Shown here: positions 1 to 13,069 of the stretch, one piece after another
How the letters are laid out: every line of letters starts with the position of its first letter
How positions within the stretch are numbered: the stretch's first letter is position 1
From: Octopus sinensis
Lineage: Eukaryota
Assembly: GCF_006345805.1 (NCBI RefSeq)
Contig: NC_043007.1
Span: 57,722,001-57,786,000 of the forward strand
DNA: 64,000 bases
Reading direction: 5' to 3'
Notes under the pieces: generated by a model
Seen by the model: the letters and a program-made list of their open reading frames with translations, nothing else
What the model was told of the DNA's origin: nothing
The model's database searches: none
Made by a program: the position numbers and the translations under genes

Positions 1-209
1 TGAGAGAGAGAGAGGTATAAATAGTGTAAAAAGTAAAGAAGTGTCAGTTATGTAGTGATAGAGTTTAAGTGATGGGGCAGAGGGAGGGGTAGTAATATGG
101 TGGAATGAAGAACTTAGGAATATAGATTAGGTGGTTGACAGGTCAGTGCTTAGTAGTAGAAGAAAATATATATATGTGAAGATGTATACAGATTCATATA
201 TTAGACATG

Positions 210-295
<86 letters not shown>

Positions 296-770
296 GTGTA
301 TATTTATACATATGTAGGTATCAATATCTACATATACAACTCGTACTCATATGTATATGTATACGTGTATCTGTATGTATTATTGCCCCTGTACACGCAG
401 GCATATGTACTTTGCATACATACATACACCCATACATATATACACACACATATATATACATGCACATATGCATGCACTCATATACACACGAATATAATTA
501 GATGGTTGTGATATTCGAGTATGAGTGAAATTAGGAGTTAAAATGTAGATTTATAAGGTGATTGGGATTACCTAAGGGGTATTGTGGAAATATACTGTAT
601 AGTCGTTTATATTAAAATTATAAATTAGGTATAATTTTAACAATTATTATCTTTGAAGGTTATTTTTTTCCATGCTGACCACTTGATAAGTTCGTTATTT
701 TATTTTAAATTAACGATCTTATCCTTATTTATATTAATTTATATATATATATTATATATATATATATATA

Positions 771-853
<83 letters not shown>

Positions 854-1159
854 ATATATAATATATATATATATATAGATATATATATATATAATATATA
901 TATATATAATATATATATATATTTATATATTATATATATACATACACACACACATATATGGTGATTGCTGCATCTCCACACATGGTTGACGTCGAACTGT
1001 ACTTCACTGTCGGCAAGACACGCCTGACCTACAATTCTGACCTCCCAGATGATTATTCAGTTTCTTTGTTGATCTGCATACATTGCCACTCTTCTTTCGC
1101 CATAGGACTTTCAGTAGATTGAGTGAAAAATGGGGAAAAATAAGAAAAAAAAATAATAT

Positions 1160-1975
1160 TCCGTTCAAAAGGGATCGTGTATCACAGAAGAATTTTTAAA
1201 ATGTTAACAGTAAGATTAGGTTTATCCGTGGAAAGGAAAGACTACGGAAAAGACCACGGTAACCTCTCTCTATCTCTCTCTTTCTCACTCTCTCTCTCTC
1301 TCTTTGATTTACAGGATCATGCTCAAAGTGGTTTCGTCCCCCGCACACACCATCTTTGCTACATTCACCAACCTTTTTTTCTTTTCTTTTTGAAACTTTG
1401 GGTAGACAAAACCTACCTCTCCATTTTCACCTTCCTTTTCAAGTGGTACTTGAAAAAGTTGACGAGCGATTGGCCAGCGAGGTAAGTGTTTGTCTCTAAT
1501 CCTTTCGCTCGAGCCCACAACGCACATTCTTTCACCATGGCCACCAGTACGATGAAGACTGCCTTGCCTTCCCGGTTGAGGGAAGGTGGCGGAGCAATTT
1601 TCACGATTGACTCGGCCAACAGGCGGACTCGTCCCACATGTAACAGCAGCCGTTCGGCATAAGTCCACAGGTCCGAAATGGTTGGACACTGCACGGGTGC
1701 GTGCAGAACGGTTTCGTCGCTCTGACTGCATCTCGGGCAAGTCGGTCCGGTGTGTCTGGAACCGTGCCTGTTGAGCTTATCCCGAAAGGGTAATGTTTCT
1801 CGATAGCAATGCCAGGCCAGGGATCTTTGGTGATTGTCTATAGGTCCCGGCCCGAAAGTTGTCCTGAACAGGCAGGTCAGGTGTTCCTCGTCGACGCCCA
1901 GATTCTACCCGAGAACGTCGTCGCACTTCCCCTCCACTAATCCTCTATAGAACGCGTTTGTTGTAATGAGGTCGC
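1160..1975 (-). mobile_element. Tx1/L1-clade non-LTR retrotransposon, 3' fragment (ORF2 zinc-binding C-terminus plus 3' UTR), decayed; 'Tx1-A'
   Basis: Manual minus-strand translation gives LAWHCYRETLPFRDKLNRHG..PTCPRCSQSDETVLHAPVQCPTISDLW...GKAVFIVLVAMVKE...FFKYHLKRKVKMER*VLS. This is the CxxC..ET..H...C...W zf-RVT motif typical of L1/Tx1 ORF2, and it is homologous to the 14918-15178 fragment. Confidence 0.85.
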
Positions 1976-1994
1976 ACAGAGAGATAGAAATGCT

Positions 1995-2150
1995 GGGGCA
2001 CCTTCTTCAAGGATTTTAGTCGAACGAATCCAGCTGAGTACTAGTAGGTACGTATACTTATTCTACCAGGTTCTGTTGCCGAACCTCTAGGTTACGGAGA
2101 CGTAAACAAACGAACATCTGTTGTCATGTGGTTTAGGATACAAATGCAAA
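1995..2150 (-). mobile_element. SINE family 1 internal/3' fragment
   Basis: Reverse complement matches the 3' half of the copy at 3125-3513 (tttacgtc.ccgtaac.tag.ggttcggcaa). Confidence 0.6.
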
Positions 2151-2184
2151 CACGGACACAAAGCCTATATATATATATATAAAG

Positions 2185-2916
2185 ACTAGCTTAAGGTGAC
2201 CCACTCTACGCGCGGGTAAGAGTGTGGTTGTTACTTTCTGTTGCTTCCTTTCTGTTTTTTATCACCACATTCTCCCTCTTTGTTTCTTTTCTCTATCCTT
2301 TCTTTCTCACTTTCCCACTCTCTTACTCTTCCTTTCTCTCGGTCTCTCCCTCGCTTTCTCTTACTCTCTATCTTTCCCTATCTATCTATCTCGCATTTAT
2401 AAAAACAAAAGATCTTGTGTAAGTTGAGAAATAAAATATTTTGAAAGATCAATCATAAATATCAGGCAGTGACAACGGAAAGGTCTGCTTCAGGGCAAAC
2501 AGCAAAACACTAACATTTAAAAGGGACAAAGTTTGAAGGGATAGAATCTGAGGATAGTAGAGTCACCATGGCTGGCATTTCTTAACGACAGACAGCAACG
2601 TAGTGGCGGTTTAACGGTTAGCGTAAAATTTTGAACTTGATGTAAAACAAAATTCCTAAACACCAAGTCTTGAAGTGATTCTTTCTCACGACAGTAGACT
2701 CACCATGGCAAGCATTCAAAACTTCTTCATCATGGACGGCAACACATTGAAGATTTAAAGGCTGGCGCAAATTTTTTAGCTTGATCTAACAGAGAATTCC
2801 TAAACACTCGTCCTGTAAATTTTAATCCCCTTCCAGCCCCATTTAGATCCATTTTAACATTTTGGTTAATATAACCCGATTTCATTCGGGTCTACTCGGG
2901 CCACATTTTATAAGAT
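2185..2916 (+). mobile_element. Putative non-autonomous Helentron/HINE (DINE-1-like) element
   Basis: Starts ACTAGC followed by an imperfect GC hairpin (acccactctacgcgcgggt, 2199-2217). It has an internal CT-rich tract, a subterminal stem-loop acccga/tcgggt (2874-2891) and ends ttttataagat. Same layout as 43660-44772. Confidence 0.4.
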
Positions 2917-3124
2917 GAGGAATTTTGTTCTAGAGGTCACGCCTTTCATTTGAGGAAAAAATAGTTGCCATCCAAACTCGCCAGCACTTTTAACATAGGT
3001 GCGCATATTTTCAGCTCAACTGACCACATAATGCACATATTATATATATATATATATATGTGTGTGTGTACGCATTATATATACAAATGTATACAAATTA
3101 TATATATATATATATATATATATA

Positions 3125-3513
3125 GGCGCCGTAGTGGCTGTGCGGTAAGTAGCTTGCTAACCAACCACATGGTTCCGGGTTCAGTCCCACTGCGTGGCAT
3201 CTTGGGCAAGTGTCTTCTGCTATAGCCTCGGGCCGACCAATGCCTTGTGAGTGGATTTGGTAGACGGAAACTGAAAGAAGCCTGTCGTATGTATGTATAT
3301 ATATATATATATGTGTGTGTGTGTATGTCCCCCTAGCATTGCTTGACAACCGATGCTGGTGTGTTTACGTCCCCGTAACTTAGCGGTTCAGCAAAAGAGA
3401 CTGATAGAATAAGTACTGGGCTTACAAAGAATAAGTCCCGGGGTCGATTTGCTCGACTAAAGGCGGTGCTCCAGCATGGCCACAGTCAAATGACTGAAAC
3501 AAGTAAAAGAATA
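3125..3513 (+). mobile_element. tRNA-derived CORE-type SINE (family 1), full length
   Basis: tRNA-like head with A box (tggctgtgcggtaag) and B box (gggttcagtccc), CORE-like segment (tggcatcttgggcaagtgtctt), internal (TA)n(TG)n, and 3' tail ggcggtgctccagcatggccacagtcaaatgactgaaacaagtaaaaga. Many copies in the window. Confidence 0.9.
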
Positions 3514-3519
3514 AATAAA

Positions 3520-3576
<57 letters not shown>

Positions 3577-4099
3577 TAAACACAGATATATACACTTTGT
3601 ATAAATACATTATATATACATTATATATACATATTTATATATAGAACACACTCACACACATATATAAATTAACCCAATAAATATCTGATTCATAATATTT
3701 GTTCTTATGATTGTGTGGTGGTTGTGGCGATAATAATTCTCGCTATGAATGCAGACAGGCGTAGATAGAGAGGGAGAGAGAGTATGTGGTAGAAAGAATG
3801 AAGGCGGCGGGGGAAATATAGTAGACGTTGTCAAACGACGTTATAGAGAGAATGTGAAAGGAATAGAGGAAAGAGAGAGACACGGAGGAAGACAGGCAGA
3901 TAAGAGAATGAGAGAAGACTTGTCAAAGTGTGCGTTTTTTGCCCTAGTAACCACACCTGTTAAGATATGGATTTTTAACCTAGCCCACTCACATCCTCTC
4001 CTCATTTTACATGACCCTATAAATTTTGGAGTCAATCCGACGGGATCTAGTGCCCTTTAACACGTTCCAATGCCATAACCAGACAAACAAACTTTTCGT

Positions 4100-5228
4100 A
4101 TTTCAGATTTATAGATATTGATATATGTAACTTAATTTTTTCAAATTTCTGATAATATAGATATAGACTTGCCCAAATGCACTAATAAATTAACATTGGT
4201 ATTTTTTTCGCTGTTGCTACAATCATCTGAAATGGAACTGTCAAAGTGCGATATTCGAGAAATTTTGCTATTCAACTTCAACAAAGGACGTAAAACAGCT
4301 GAAACCGCTCGCGATATCAACGAAATGTTTGGTGAGGAAATGACCAGGGCGTGGTCAGCTCGAAAATGGTTTAAACGATTTCGCAATGAAGACCTGTGCT
4401 TTGAAGATCGTGAGCGTAGTGGACGCCTATCTGTCATCGATGACGGTCAATTAAAGAGCGTCATCGAGAAAGATTCACGTCAAACGACCCGAGAACTGGC
4501 AAAAGAACTTCAAGCTAGCCCGAAAACTGCCAGCAACCATTTGCATGCGATCGAAAACTGTAAAAAGCTCGACAAATGGGTACCACACGATTTGAATGAA
4601 AATCAGAAAATGCGTAGATATGAAATTTGCTCGTCGCTTCTTCTCTGTAACCAGACCAAAACTTTTCTCGACCGTACTGTAACTTGCGATAAAAAGTGGA
4701 TTCTCTACAATAATAAAAAACGTTCTTCGTAGTGGTTGGACCAAAATGAAGCACCGAAAACCTTCCCTAAACCTGAGCTCTTCAAAAAGAAGGTTATTGT
4801 GACTGTTTGGTGGTGTACTGCTGGACTCATTAACTATAACTTCTTAAAACCCGGAAAAACCATTACTGTAGGACATATTGCCATGAAATTGCCAAAATGA
4901 ACGAAAAACCGCTACAAGGGAACTTGGCTACGAAGTTCTTCCCCACCCAGCTTATTGTCCAGACATTTCTCCTACCACCTTTTCAAGCACCTTGATGGTT
5001 TATTGCGAGAGAACGAGTTCCAAAATCAAGCTGATGGTGAAAGTGCGTTCAAAAAGTTCACCAGCTCCAGAATTCCAGATTTTTATGTTACCAAAATAAA
5101 CAAACTTCTAACTCGTTGGCAAAATGTATTGATTGTAACGGTACTTTGATGAATAAAATTTCCGCATTCTTGAAATATATTGTGATTAATTCCATGTTTC
5201 AAAATGTTGCTTAATTTTATTCAGCCTG

Positions 5229-5231
<3 letters not shown>
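4100..5231 (+). mobile_element. Mariner element; right TIR-like end ...cttaattttattcagcctgata followed by TA, left TIR not found
   Basis: Transposase remnant plus a 3' terminus ending in TA; the left boundary is approximate. Confidence 0.7.
4232..5156 (+). pseudogene. Mariner (DD34D) transposase pseudogene
   Basis: MELSKCDIREILLFNFNKG..ARKWFKRF..WVPHDL..TCDKKWILYNN..*WLD..KKVIVTVWW..EVLPHPAYCPDISP..YHLFKHL..RWQKCIDCNGxYFDE*. In-frame stop at 4730-4732, frameshifts, and a deletion of the HDNA region. Confidence 0.95.
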
Positions 5232-5261
<30 letters not shown>

Positions 5262-5308
5262 TGTATGTATGTATGTATGTATGTATGTATGTATGTATGT
5301 ATGTATGT

Positions 5309-5369
<61 letters not shown>

Positions 5370-5696
5370 AAGATAGATAGATAGATAGATAGCTATGAAG
5401 GTAATCTTTACATCCAACTTAACATGGATGCTATGTTAGAACATCCAATACTGCATTATTAGCTATGAGAGATCCTCACACATAGATCGTAGCAGACTAG
5501 AACCGTCAGTCATGCGTGCCCAAATTCCCATATCACTTGATTTCACCTACTGAACCACATCGGTGGGAAGCACTGGTCACCGTATGCTAGTCAAATCTCA
5601 CTACCAGCAATCTTTTCACGCGCTGATATCGTTTTGGTATTTAGTAATGCTTCTGACGCTAATAGCTGACACGCATATATGTATGAGTATATACAT

Positions 5697-8084
5697 ACAG
5701 GAATCATCGCTTTATGGAAGTAATTCGTTCCTAAAAATCTAGCCATAACGTGAAATTCCGTAATGCGAAAAATGTTCTTATTGATTTTCATATTGCTTTC
5801 AAATTTTGGCACAGGGCCAGCAATTTAGAGAGAGAGGGGAATCGATTACATTGTCCCAAAGTGCTCAGTGGTACTTATTTTATCGACCACGAAAGATTGA
5901 AAGGCAAGTGGACATCGGCGGAATTTGAACTCAGAATATACAGACGGACGAAATGCCGCTAGCGATTTTGTCCGGCGCGCTAACGATTCTGCCAGATCGC
6001 CGTCGCCTTATTGATTTTCATATTATCATGTGAAATTACGTTCCTTCGGACTTTTTCGAAAAATGAGAAAAAAATGAAGCACAAGGAAACAAGAGAGAAC
6101 AAGCAACACGATTACCTTTATACATGGGAATAATCTGTAAATATATACGGTACAACATAAATACATAAATGCACTTCAAGTGGAATAGGTTAGAGAATTG
6201 ATAAGAATCGCAATATCGTAAGAATCCATCCTTATCAAAAACGATGTTGACTACCGTGTGAGAGGAGGTGGTGGAATGAGCATTACTTGAAGGATGAAGG
6301 ACAATATTTACTATCTTATAGTTTCTTTATCACAAACATCAGTTTGATGGGTGAAGAAGTTATCCAGAGTTGTTCGTTGCTTAAGACGCATCATCTCTTA
6401 GGAACAGAGCTCATTGTAAATTCCTCTTGTGGTGTTTATGTTACGTTCGCGATTAGGATCATTGTCCTGCAGACCTTCTATAAGTGCCATACCTTTAACA
6501 ATAATTTTTGTAGTCAATTTTAGTGATGTGCGAGGAACTTCGGTTGTCTCATCTGTATTCTCTGCTTGTCCTTTTTATAACTCTATCAGCTCCTCGTTGG
6601 ATAAGCTTCTTCTCAGGGACACTATGACTTCTTCAACTTCTACATCTTTTGCAAGTTTCACAATTTCCGAATTTGATGTAAACTTCCTCCTTGAGGAAAA
6701 CATGTAATATCACGGAAAAAGTCTGGCCATATACTTTTCCAAGCACTATTCAAAGTTGAAGGTTTTATCTCATCCCATGACTTAGCTATATTATTCGCAG
6801 CATCCATTATGTTGAATTTCTTTCAGAAATCTCAAACTAGGTTCAACATACCTGTCAATTGTTTTCATAAATTGTTTGAAAGTTCTTCATATATAATATG
6901 CCTTAAAGTTAGCTATCACACCTTGATCCATTGATTGGAGCAAAGAAGTTGTTTTCTATTCTCGCATTATCTAAAAGGTCCTTTTAGTTTGTTGGATGGC
7001 TCGATGCATTTTCTAAAAGAAGCAATGCTCTGTTAAAAATATGTCTGATATAGTACATTTCTATCGCTAGACAAAAACTTTGAAAAGGCTCGTAGTCATG
7101 CATGCATTATTATTTGAATGCCAAATCAGAGTTAGATTAAACTTTGTGTTAGCATTGAAAGCCCTTAGATTTTCGGAGTGATACACATGTAGGGGCTTTA
7201 CTTTCATATCACCAGCGGCATTTCCTCCAAAATGAAATGTTAGACGATTTTCGAAGCTTCAAATCCTTGAATTAGTTGTCTTCGAGAAATAATAGTTCTA
7301 GCAGGTTTGCGTTTCCAGAAAAGTGCAGTCTGATCAACATTATATACTTGCTCTGATGTGTAGCACCATTCAGCAATCATTTTCTTCAACTACTCAGGAT
7401 AATTAAGAGTAGCCTCTGTATAAGTGTTTGCAGTTTCACCAGTAATTTTTATGTTGTGCAAATCCATGCGCTTCTTAAACCTTTCAGACCAGCCTTTACT
7501 AGTTAAAAAACGATTTTTTCATTAGAAGTTTCACATTTTTTTAAAGCAAATTCTAATATAAACTTTTGGTTCTTTTTAAAATTAACTTCGGGTTTATCGG
7601 CACATTCCGCCGATTCCGATCCTCAATCTGTACACTCAAGATTCGTTCCATTTTAAGCATTACGATAGAGCTATGGAAAAATAAGATTCGGACAGTCAAA
7701 AGGGTAGCTTCTCGAGTTATTGACATAATTTCCTCTCTGTTGTCACGTATTGTGCCCACTGTAGGCGTTCCAAGGTTTCATGTTTTGGCAAATTTGGTTT
7801 TGTTTCTGCGTCAAGTCTTTTCAAAACATCAAGTTTAATAGGCAGCGTAATTCCTTCAATATTTCTTTTCGCGCTACTTTCTTCAGTTCTACTTGGTGGC
7901 TTCTTAATTTGAAAGTAAATCCAAAAGCAGCGGCAATTAATTATCCACAACAGATATGTTGTATAAAAAAAGTTGGCCCAGCAAAGATTTAATTTGAGAG
8001 GGCAGAAAATTATCTTTTTCCCTAGGGATGTAATAATGAAAATGAGATGAAAAGGTGAAGGACTGAGGAAGAGAAAGTACTGTA
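5697..8084 (-). mobile_element. Tigger/pogo-like DNA transposon, near full length, heavily decayed
   Basis: Minus-strand pieces KRNIEGITLPIKLDVLKRL (psq-type HTH), VGTIRDNREEI..MLKMERILSVQIED..NVPI (CENP-B HTH), FTSKGWSERFKKR, QVYNVDQTALFWK (first catalytic D region) and TTSLLQSMDQGVIANFKAYY (last D region). Boundaries are approximate. Confidence 0.85.
5795..6006 (-). mobile_element. tRNA-derived SINE family 2 (Meta-domain-like core) inserted in the Tigger end, with an 18-bp TSD
   Basis: Head ggcga.ctggcagaatcgttagc..gagttcaaattccgcc, core ttgcctttca.tctttcgtggtcgataaaataagtacc. Direct repeat cttattgattttcatatt at 5777-5794 and 6007-6024. Confidence 0.85.
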
Positions 8085-8514
8085 TGATTACAGTTAGCTG
8101 AAGAGTCGCCAGATTTGATAGGCAATTCGTCCCTTGCACTTCTGACTTAACACACACACACATACACACACACACACATACACACACACACATGCACACA
8201 CGTCTATTGGTGTACATACTATTATCTGTTGTAATGTGTTCGATTCAAAAGTTGGTGGTTTGATATTAGTGACGATGTGAGTTACATTGGTTTATATCTT
8301 TGTGGTTGTTGGCGGGTATTGTTAGTGGTGTAGCGGTCACATTGTTTTTGCTAATTGTAGTGTTGTGGCTGTTTAGTCACAAGTCAATCGTCATAGACCT
8401 AAGATCAAAGACATTACATTCAGCTAAAATACGAATAAAAACATTATATGGATTTGCTTATTATAGATTACTGCTGCTGTTTGTTTGTTTGATTGTTGGT
8501 TGGTTGGTTGGTTG

Positions 8515-8888
8515 AGCGAAGCGGTCTTCGTCCCAGAGCTCGGAAGATCGCGCCTCAGTAGAAGTCCGAAACGTGTTCCATTGCTATTCGTAAGACCCGC
8601 AAAAGAGAAAGCAGGTCAACCTCCGACATCGAGAGCATCGACAGATGGATGAATGCGCATTCAGGCTCAGCAGTTGCGTTGGAAGTCGAGGACAAGGAAC
8701 AGGAAGAAAGAGTGAGAGAAAGTTGGAGCGAAAGTGTACAACAGGGGTCGCTCCCCCCTGCCGGAGCCTCGTGGAGCTTTAGGTGTTTTCACTCAATAAA
8801 CAGACACAACGCCCGGCCTGGAAATCGAAACCGCGATCGTCCGACCGCGAGTCCGTTGCCCTAACCACTGGGCCATTGCGCCTCCACT
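8515..8888 (-). mobile_element. tRNA-derived SINE family 3 (Arg-like head; possibly octopus OR type)
   Basis: Reverse complement begins ggaggcgcaatggcccagtggttagggcaacggactcgcggtcggacgatcgcggtttcgatttccagg (A and B boxes) and ends in (CAAC)n. The family name is from memory and unverified. Confidence 0.75.
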
Positions 8889-10029
8889 ACTGCTGCTGTT
8901 GATGACTGCCGTGGTTTTGATAATAGAAACACACACATACATGCATACATACATACATACATACATACATACATACATACATACATACATACATACACAC
9001 ATACACACATACATGCATGCATACATACATACATACATACATACATACATACATACATACAGACAGACAGACAGACAGGCAGATTCATATTTGTGTGTGT
9101 GTGTACATACAATATGGTTTTATGTGCTGTTACTAGTTTCATGTGCTGAGAGCATGCCAGACAGTAATCTGTAACGCATCTGGTGTCCTAGCACTGTCAC
9201 ATGGCACTGCCCACATGGTATAACAAACTAAAAATGGGACGACAGGATAAGAGAAAAGGTGAGAGAAACGAGAAAAGACGGCTCCAGATGTCTCCGAGGT
9301 CAACTTTGCCTTTCATCCTTTCATTATTTCGGGGAGATAAAATAATGTACCAATCAAGTACAATGATCGATCATATCGCCTTATTCAAACACATACCGCC
9401 ACCACTACCACCACCATCAATCAACCACATTTCTGACCATATCAGAAATAATCATAATTATTATGATCATAATCGTCCCCTTTCTGCTTCCTAATGTTCT
9501 GCTAATTTAAATGTTTCACCGTCTAATTTTTTCTTTACTCTTTTGTCTTTTTGGTGTTATCGTGTTTACTGAAATGATTTTCATTAAACTCACATATACA
9601 AATGTAATGTATTTATTTATTTATTGATTTGTCTATTTGTTAATCAACTTATCTTATTATTTAAACATATGATATGAATATTTCTATCTAGTGCTCATAG
9701 GTTGAAGTATTTTGCAAGAGGTTAATGGCTTAATTGGTCGTTATAAAATCTCAGGTTTGTTGCTTTTCAATTTGAATTTGATTTTGTTTTACTTGTTTTT
9801 CTTATACATTTTGTTTATTTCATTTGCTTGCTTAAATTTATTTTATTTATTTATTCCTTTTGATTATTTTGCATCAATTTTTATAGTATTTTATCGACAC
9901 CTTTCGAGATTTCCAAAGATCTATTGATTATGCTCTTAGTTGAAAGTGACACTTCACCCCACCCCAATATACATACATATCTATCTATCTGTATATACAT
10001 ATCTATCTATCTGTATATACATATATGTT

Positions 10030-10096
<67 letters not shown>

Positions 10097-10151
10097 ATAT
10101 ACATATACATGTTTATATAAATATGTTTATACATATATATGTTAATATACA

Positions 10152-10201
<50 letters not shown>

Positions 10202-10553
10202 TACACGCACACACCTACATTTCGCTATACACATACCCCAAATAATATACACACATATACATTAAATTAATTAATATACGTTCACACAAACACACACACG
10301 CGCGCATGTGTGTGTGTGTGTGTGTGTAGTATATATATCTATATATATAAACAACTCTATACATCTATAGATACAAACATACATTCCTATACACATCCTA
10401 TACATGTACACATTCATGCATAAATACAACCCCAAAACATGTATACATCTTGTAAATCATCTTGCAATTATCTCTCATACACACACACATGCACACATAT
10501 ACAGAAACATACGCGACATAAGTGTTCATCGATAAGTTTAAACGTTTCTGTAT

Positions 10554-10591
<38 letters not shown>

Positions 10592-11009
10592 GCATATACA
10601 TGATTTCTTGGGAAAACCTGCATACAACAAATATACATATATTAATAAAAATATACACATATATATTTGTTGAAGCATAGATGCACATAGAGCGGTCTGT
10701 GTATGTTTGTGATGTGGGTATGTATGAATGTATAGGCAAATTCTTATTGCGAACGAATGGTAAATATACATACACTCATATATATCAACGTAAATACATA
10801 CATATATCTAAAGGCAAATACACATATACACATACACACATACACATATATATTTATACACACACGTGTATATATGTAAATATATATATGTGTGTGTGTA
10901 TACACATATACATTTGTATGTATTATATATATGCATATATAAATATTTATACATATATGTATACGTAGATATATGTATGTGTATGTGCATATATATATAT
11001 ATATAATAT

Positions 11010-11040
<31 letters not shown>

Positions 11041-11765
11041 TTATATATTCATATGTGTTTTTTTCAGTTAATGCCACATTTCCTTAATCGCATATTATTG
11101 TAAATCCCCTTCCTCTCCCTCTCTCCTTTCTCTCTTTCATTTTCCCTGAGTTTGTATGAATATCTCATATTTATACACACGTGCGCGCGCAGAATAACAC
11201 ATACGAGCATTTTATGCACATGCATTCATATAATTACACATACACATACACACATACTGTACACATATACACCTACACATATACACATATATACATATAC
11301 ATATATACGTGTACACGCGCACAACTCTACACATCTACACGCACGCAAATGTAGTGTTAATAAGTATATATCCATTAGTGGCTACTAAATGAAAAAGAAG
11401 AAAATATGAATGCCAGAAATAAGAACGAAAAAAGAAAGAGCAGAGAAATAACGAATGAACGAAAAGAAACATGAGAGAGGGGGGAGATAATGGTAGAGAG
11501 AGAGAGAGAGAGAGAGTGAGGGAGAAATGAATATAAAGGGACTGTAATGTAGGAATCGAGAAAAGATGGTAATTTATGGAATACGAGAATGTTTAACGGC
11601 AAAATAATGTTTAATTTTAATTAAGGTAACTAATGGACGTCATAAATGATAAATCTCAAGATGTTCAGAATTATTTAGCATTTACGTTTTCAATATTTGT
11701 CTATGGTGTGTGTATATGTGTGTGTGCGTGTATACACACACATATATATATAAGTACACAAACAC

Positions 11766-11838
<73 letters not shown>

Positions 11839-12129
11839 TGTTTCAACAAATGGGATAAAAAAAACAACTCGATAAATAAGGCAGAGTATAGAACTCATTA
11901 ACCTATGTAAAGCAAACAAGTGCCTTTGCACGAAATTCTAGGTCTTTGGTTCACTTATGTATGTGATTTTTTTCTGTTGCGAATGATGAAGAGGATGGGG
12001 ATGGAGATGGTGATGGTCTGTTGTAGTGGTATGGGTGGTGGTGGTGGTGGTGGTGGCGGTGGCGGTGCTAGTAATAATAATATATAACTATATATAACTG
12101 TCACTAATTCGGTTATGACGACGAGGATT

Positions 12130-12420
12130 CAAGTTGATCCGATCAATAGAACAGCCTACTCATAAAATTAGCGTGCAAGTGGTTGAGCACTCCACAGACA
12201 CGTGTACTCTTAATGTAGTTCCCGGGGGTGGATTCAGCGTGATACAGAGAGTGACAAGGCTGTCCCTTTGAAATACAGGTACTACTCCTTTTTGCCAGCT
12301 GAGTGCGCTGGAGCAATATGAAATGAAGTGTCTTGATCAAGGACACAAATCGTCGCCGGGGATGGAACTCAGGACCTTACGATCGTGAGTTGAATAACCT
12401 AACCAGTAAGCCACGCACCG
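12130..12420 (-). mobile_element. tRNA-derived CORE-type SINE family 4
   Basis: Reverse complement ggtgcgtggcttactggttagg..gtcctgagttccatccccgg..gtgtccttgatcaagacacttcatttcatattgctccag (tRNA head plus CORE-like block). Confidence 0.75.
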
Positions 12421-12523
12421 ATAATGATAATAATAATATAATAATAATAATAATAATATAATAATAATAATAATAATATAATAATAATAATATAATAATA
12501 ATAACAATAATAATAATAATAAC

Positions 12524-12586
<63 letters not shown>

Positions 12587-12782
12587 CCTTTCTACTATAG
12601 GTACAAGGAATAAAATTTGTGGGATGGGGTAGTAAGTTATATCAACCCCAGCCAGTACTCAACTTACTTCAATTACCGACCCCAAAAGGATGAAAGGCAA
12701 AGTCGACTTCGGCGGAATTTGAACTCAGATAGGAACGACGCTTAGCATTTCATCCAGCGTTGTGACGATTCTTCCAGCCTTC

Positions 12783-12831
<49 letters not shown>

Positions 12832-12837
12832 GTGATA

Positions 12838-12869
<32 letters not shown>

Positions 12870-12873
12870 AATG

Positions 12874-12913
<40 letters not shown>

Positions 12914-12988
12914 TAATAATAATAATGATAATAATAATAATGATAATAATAATAATAATAATAAATAATAATAATAATAATAATAATG

Positions 12989-13069
<81 letters not shown>
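12420..13069 (+). repeat. Long (AAT)n/(GAT)n microsatellite arrays split by a family-2 SINE
   Basis: Read directly: (AAT)n at about 12420-12585 and 12782-13069. Confidence 0.98.
12586..12781 (-). mobile_element. SINE family 2 copy embedded in (AAT)n
   Basis: aaggatgaaaggcaaagtcgacttcggcggaatttgaactcag is the reverse complement of the family core and head. Confidence 0.85.

Noticed and set aside
1315-1481. Apparent + strand exon (polypyrimidine-CAG ... G/GTAAGT)
   Set aside because: The region is the antisense of the Tx1 ORF2 end and 3' UTR. The splice signals are probably coincidental, though exonisation cannot be excluded without RNA data.
3125-3200. tRNA genes at SINE heads
   Set aside because: A and B boxes are present but there is no complete cloverleaf, and the sequences continue into SINE bodies.
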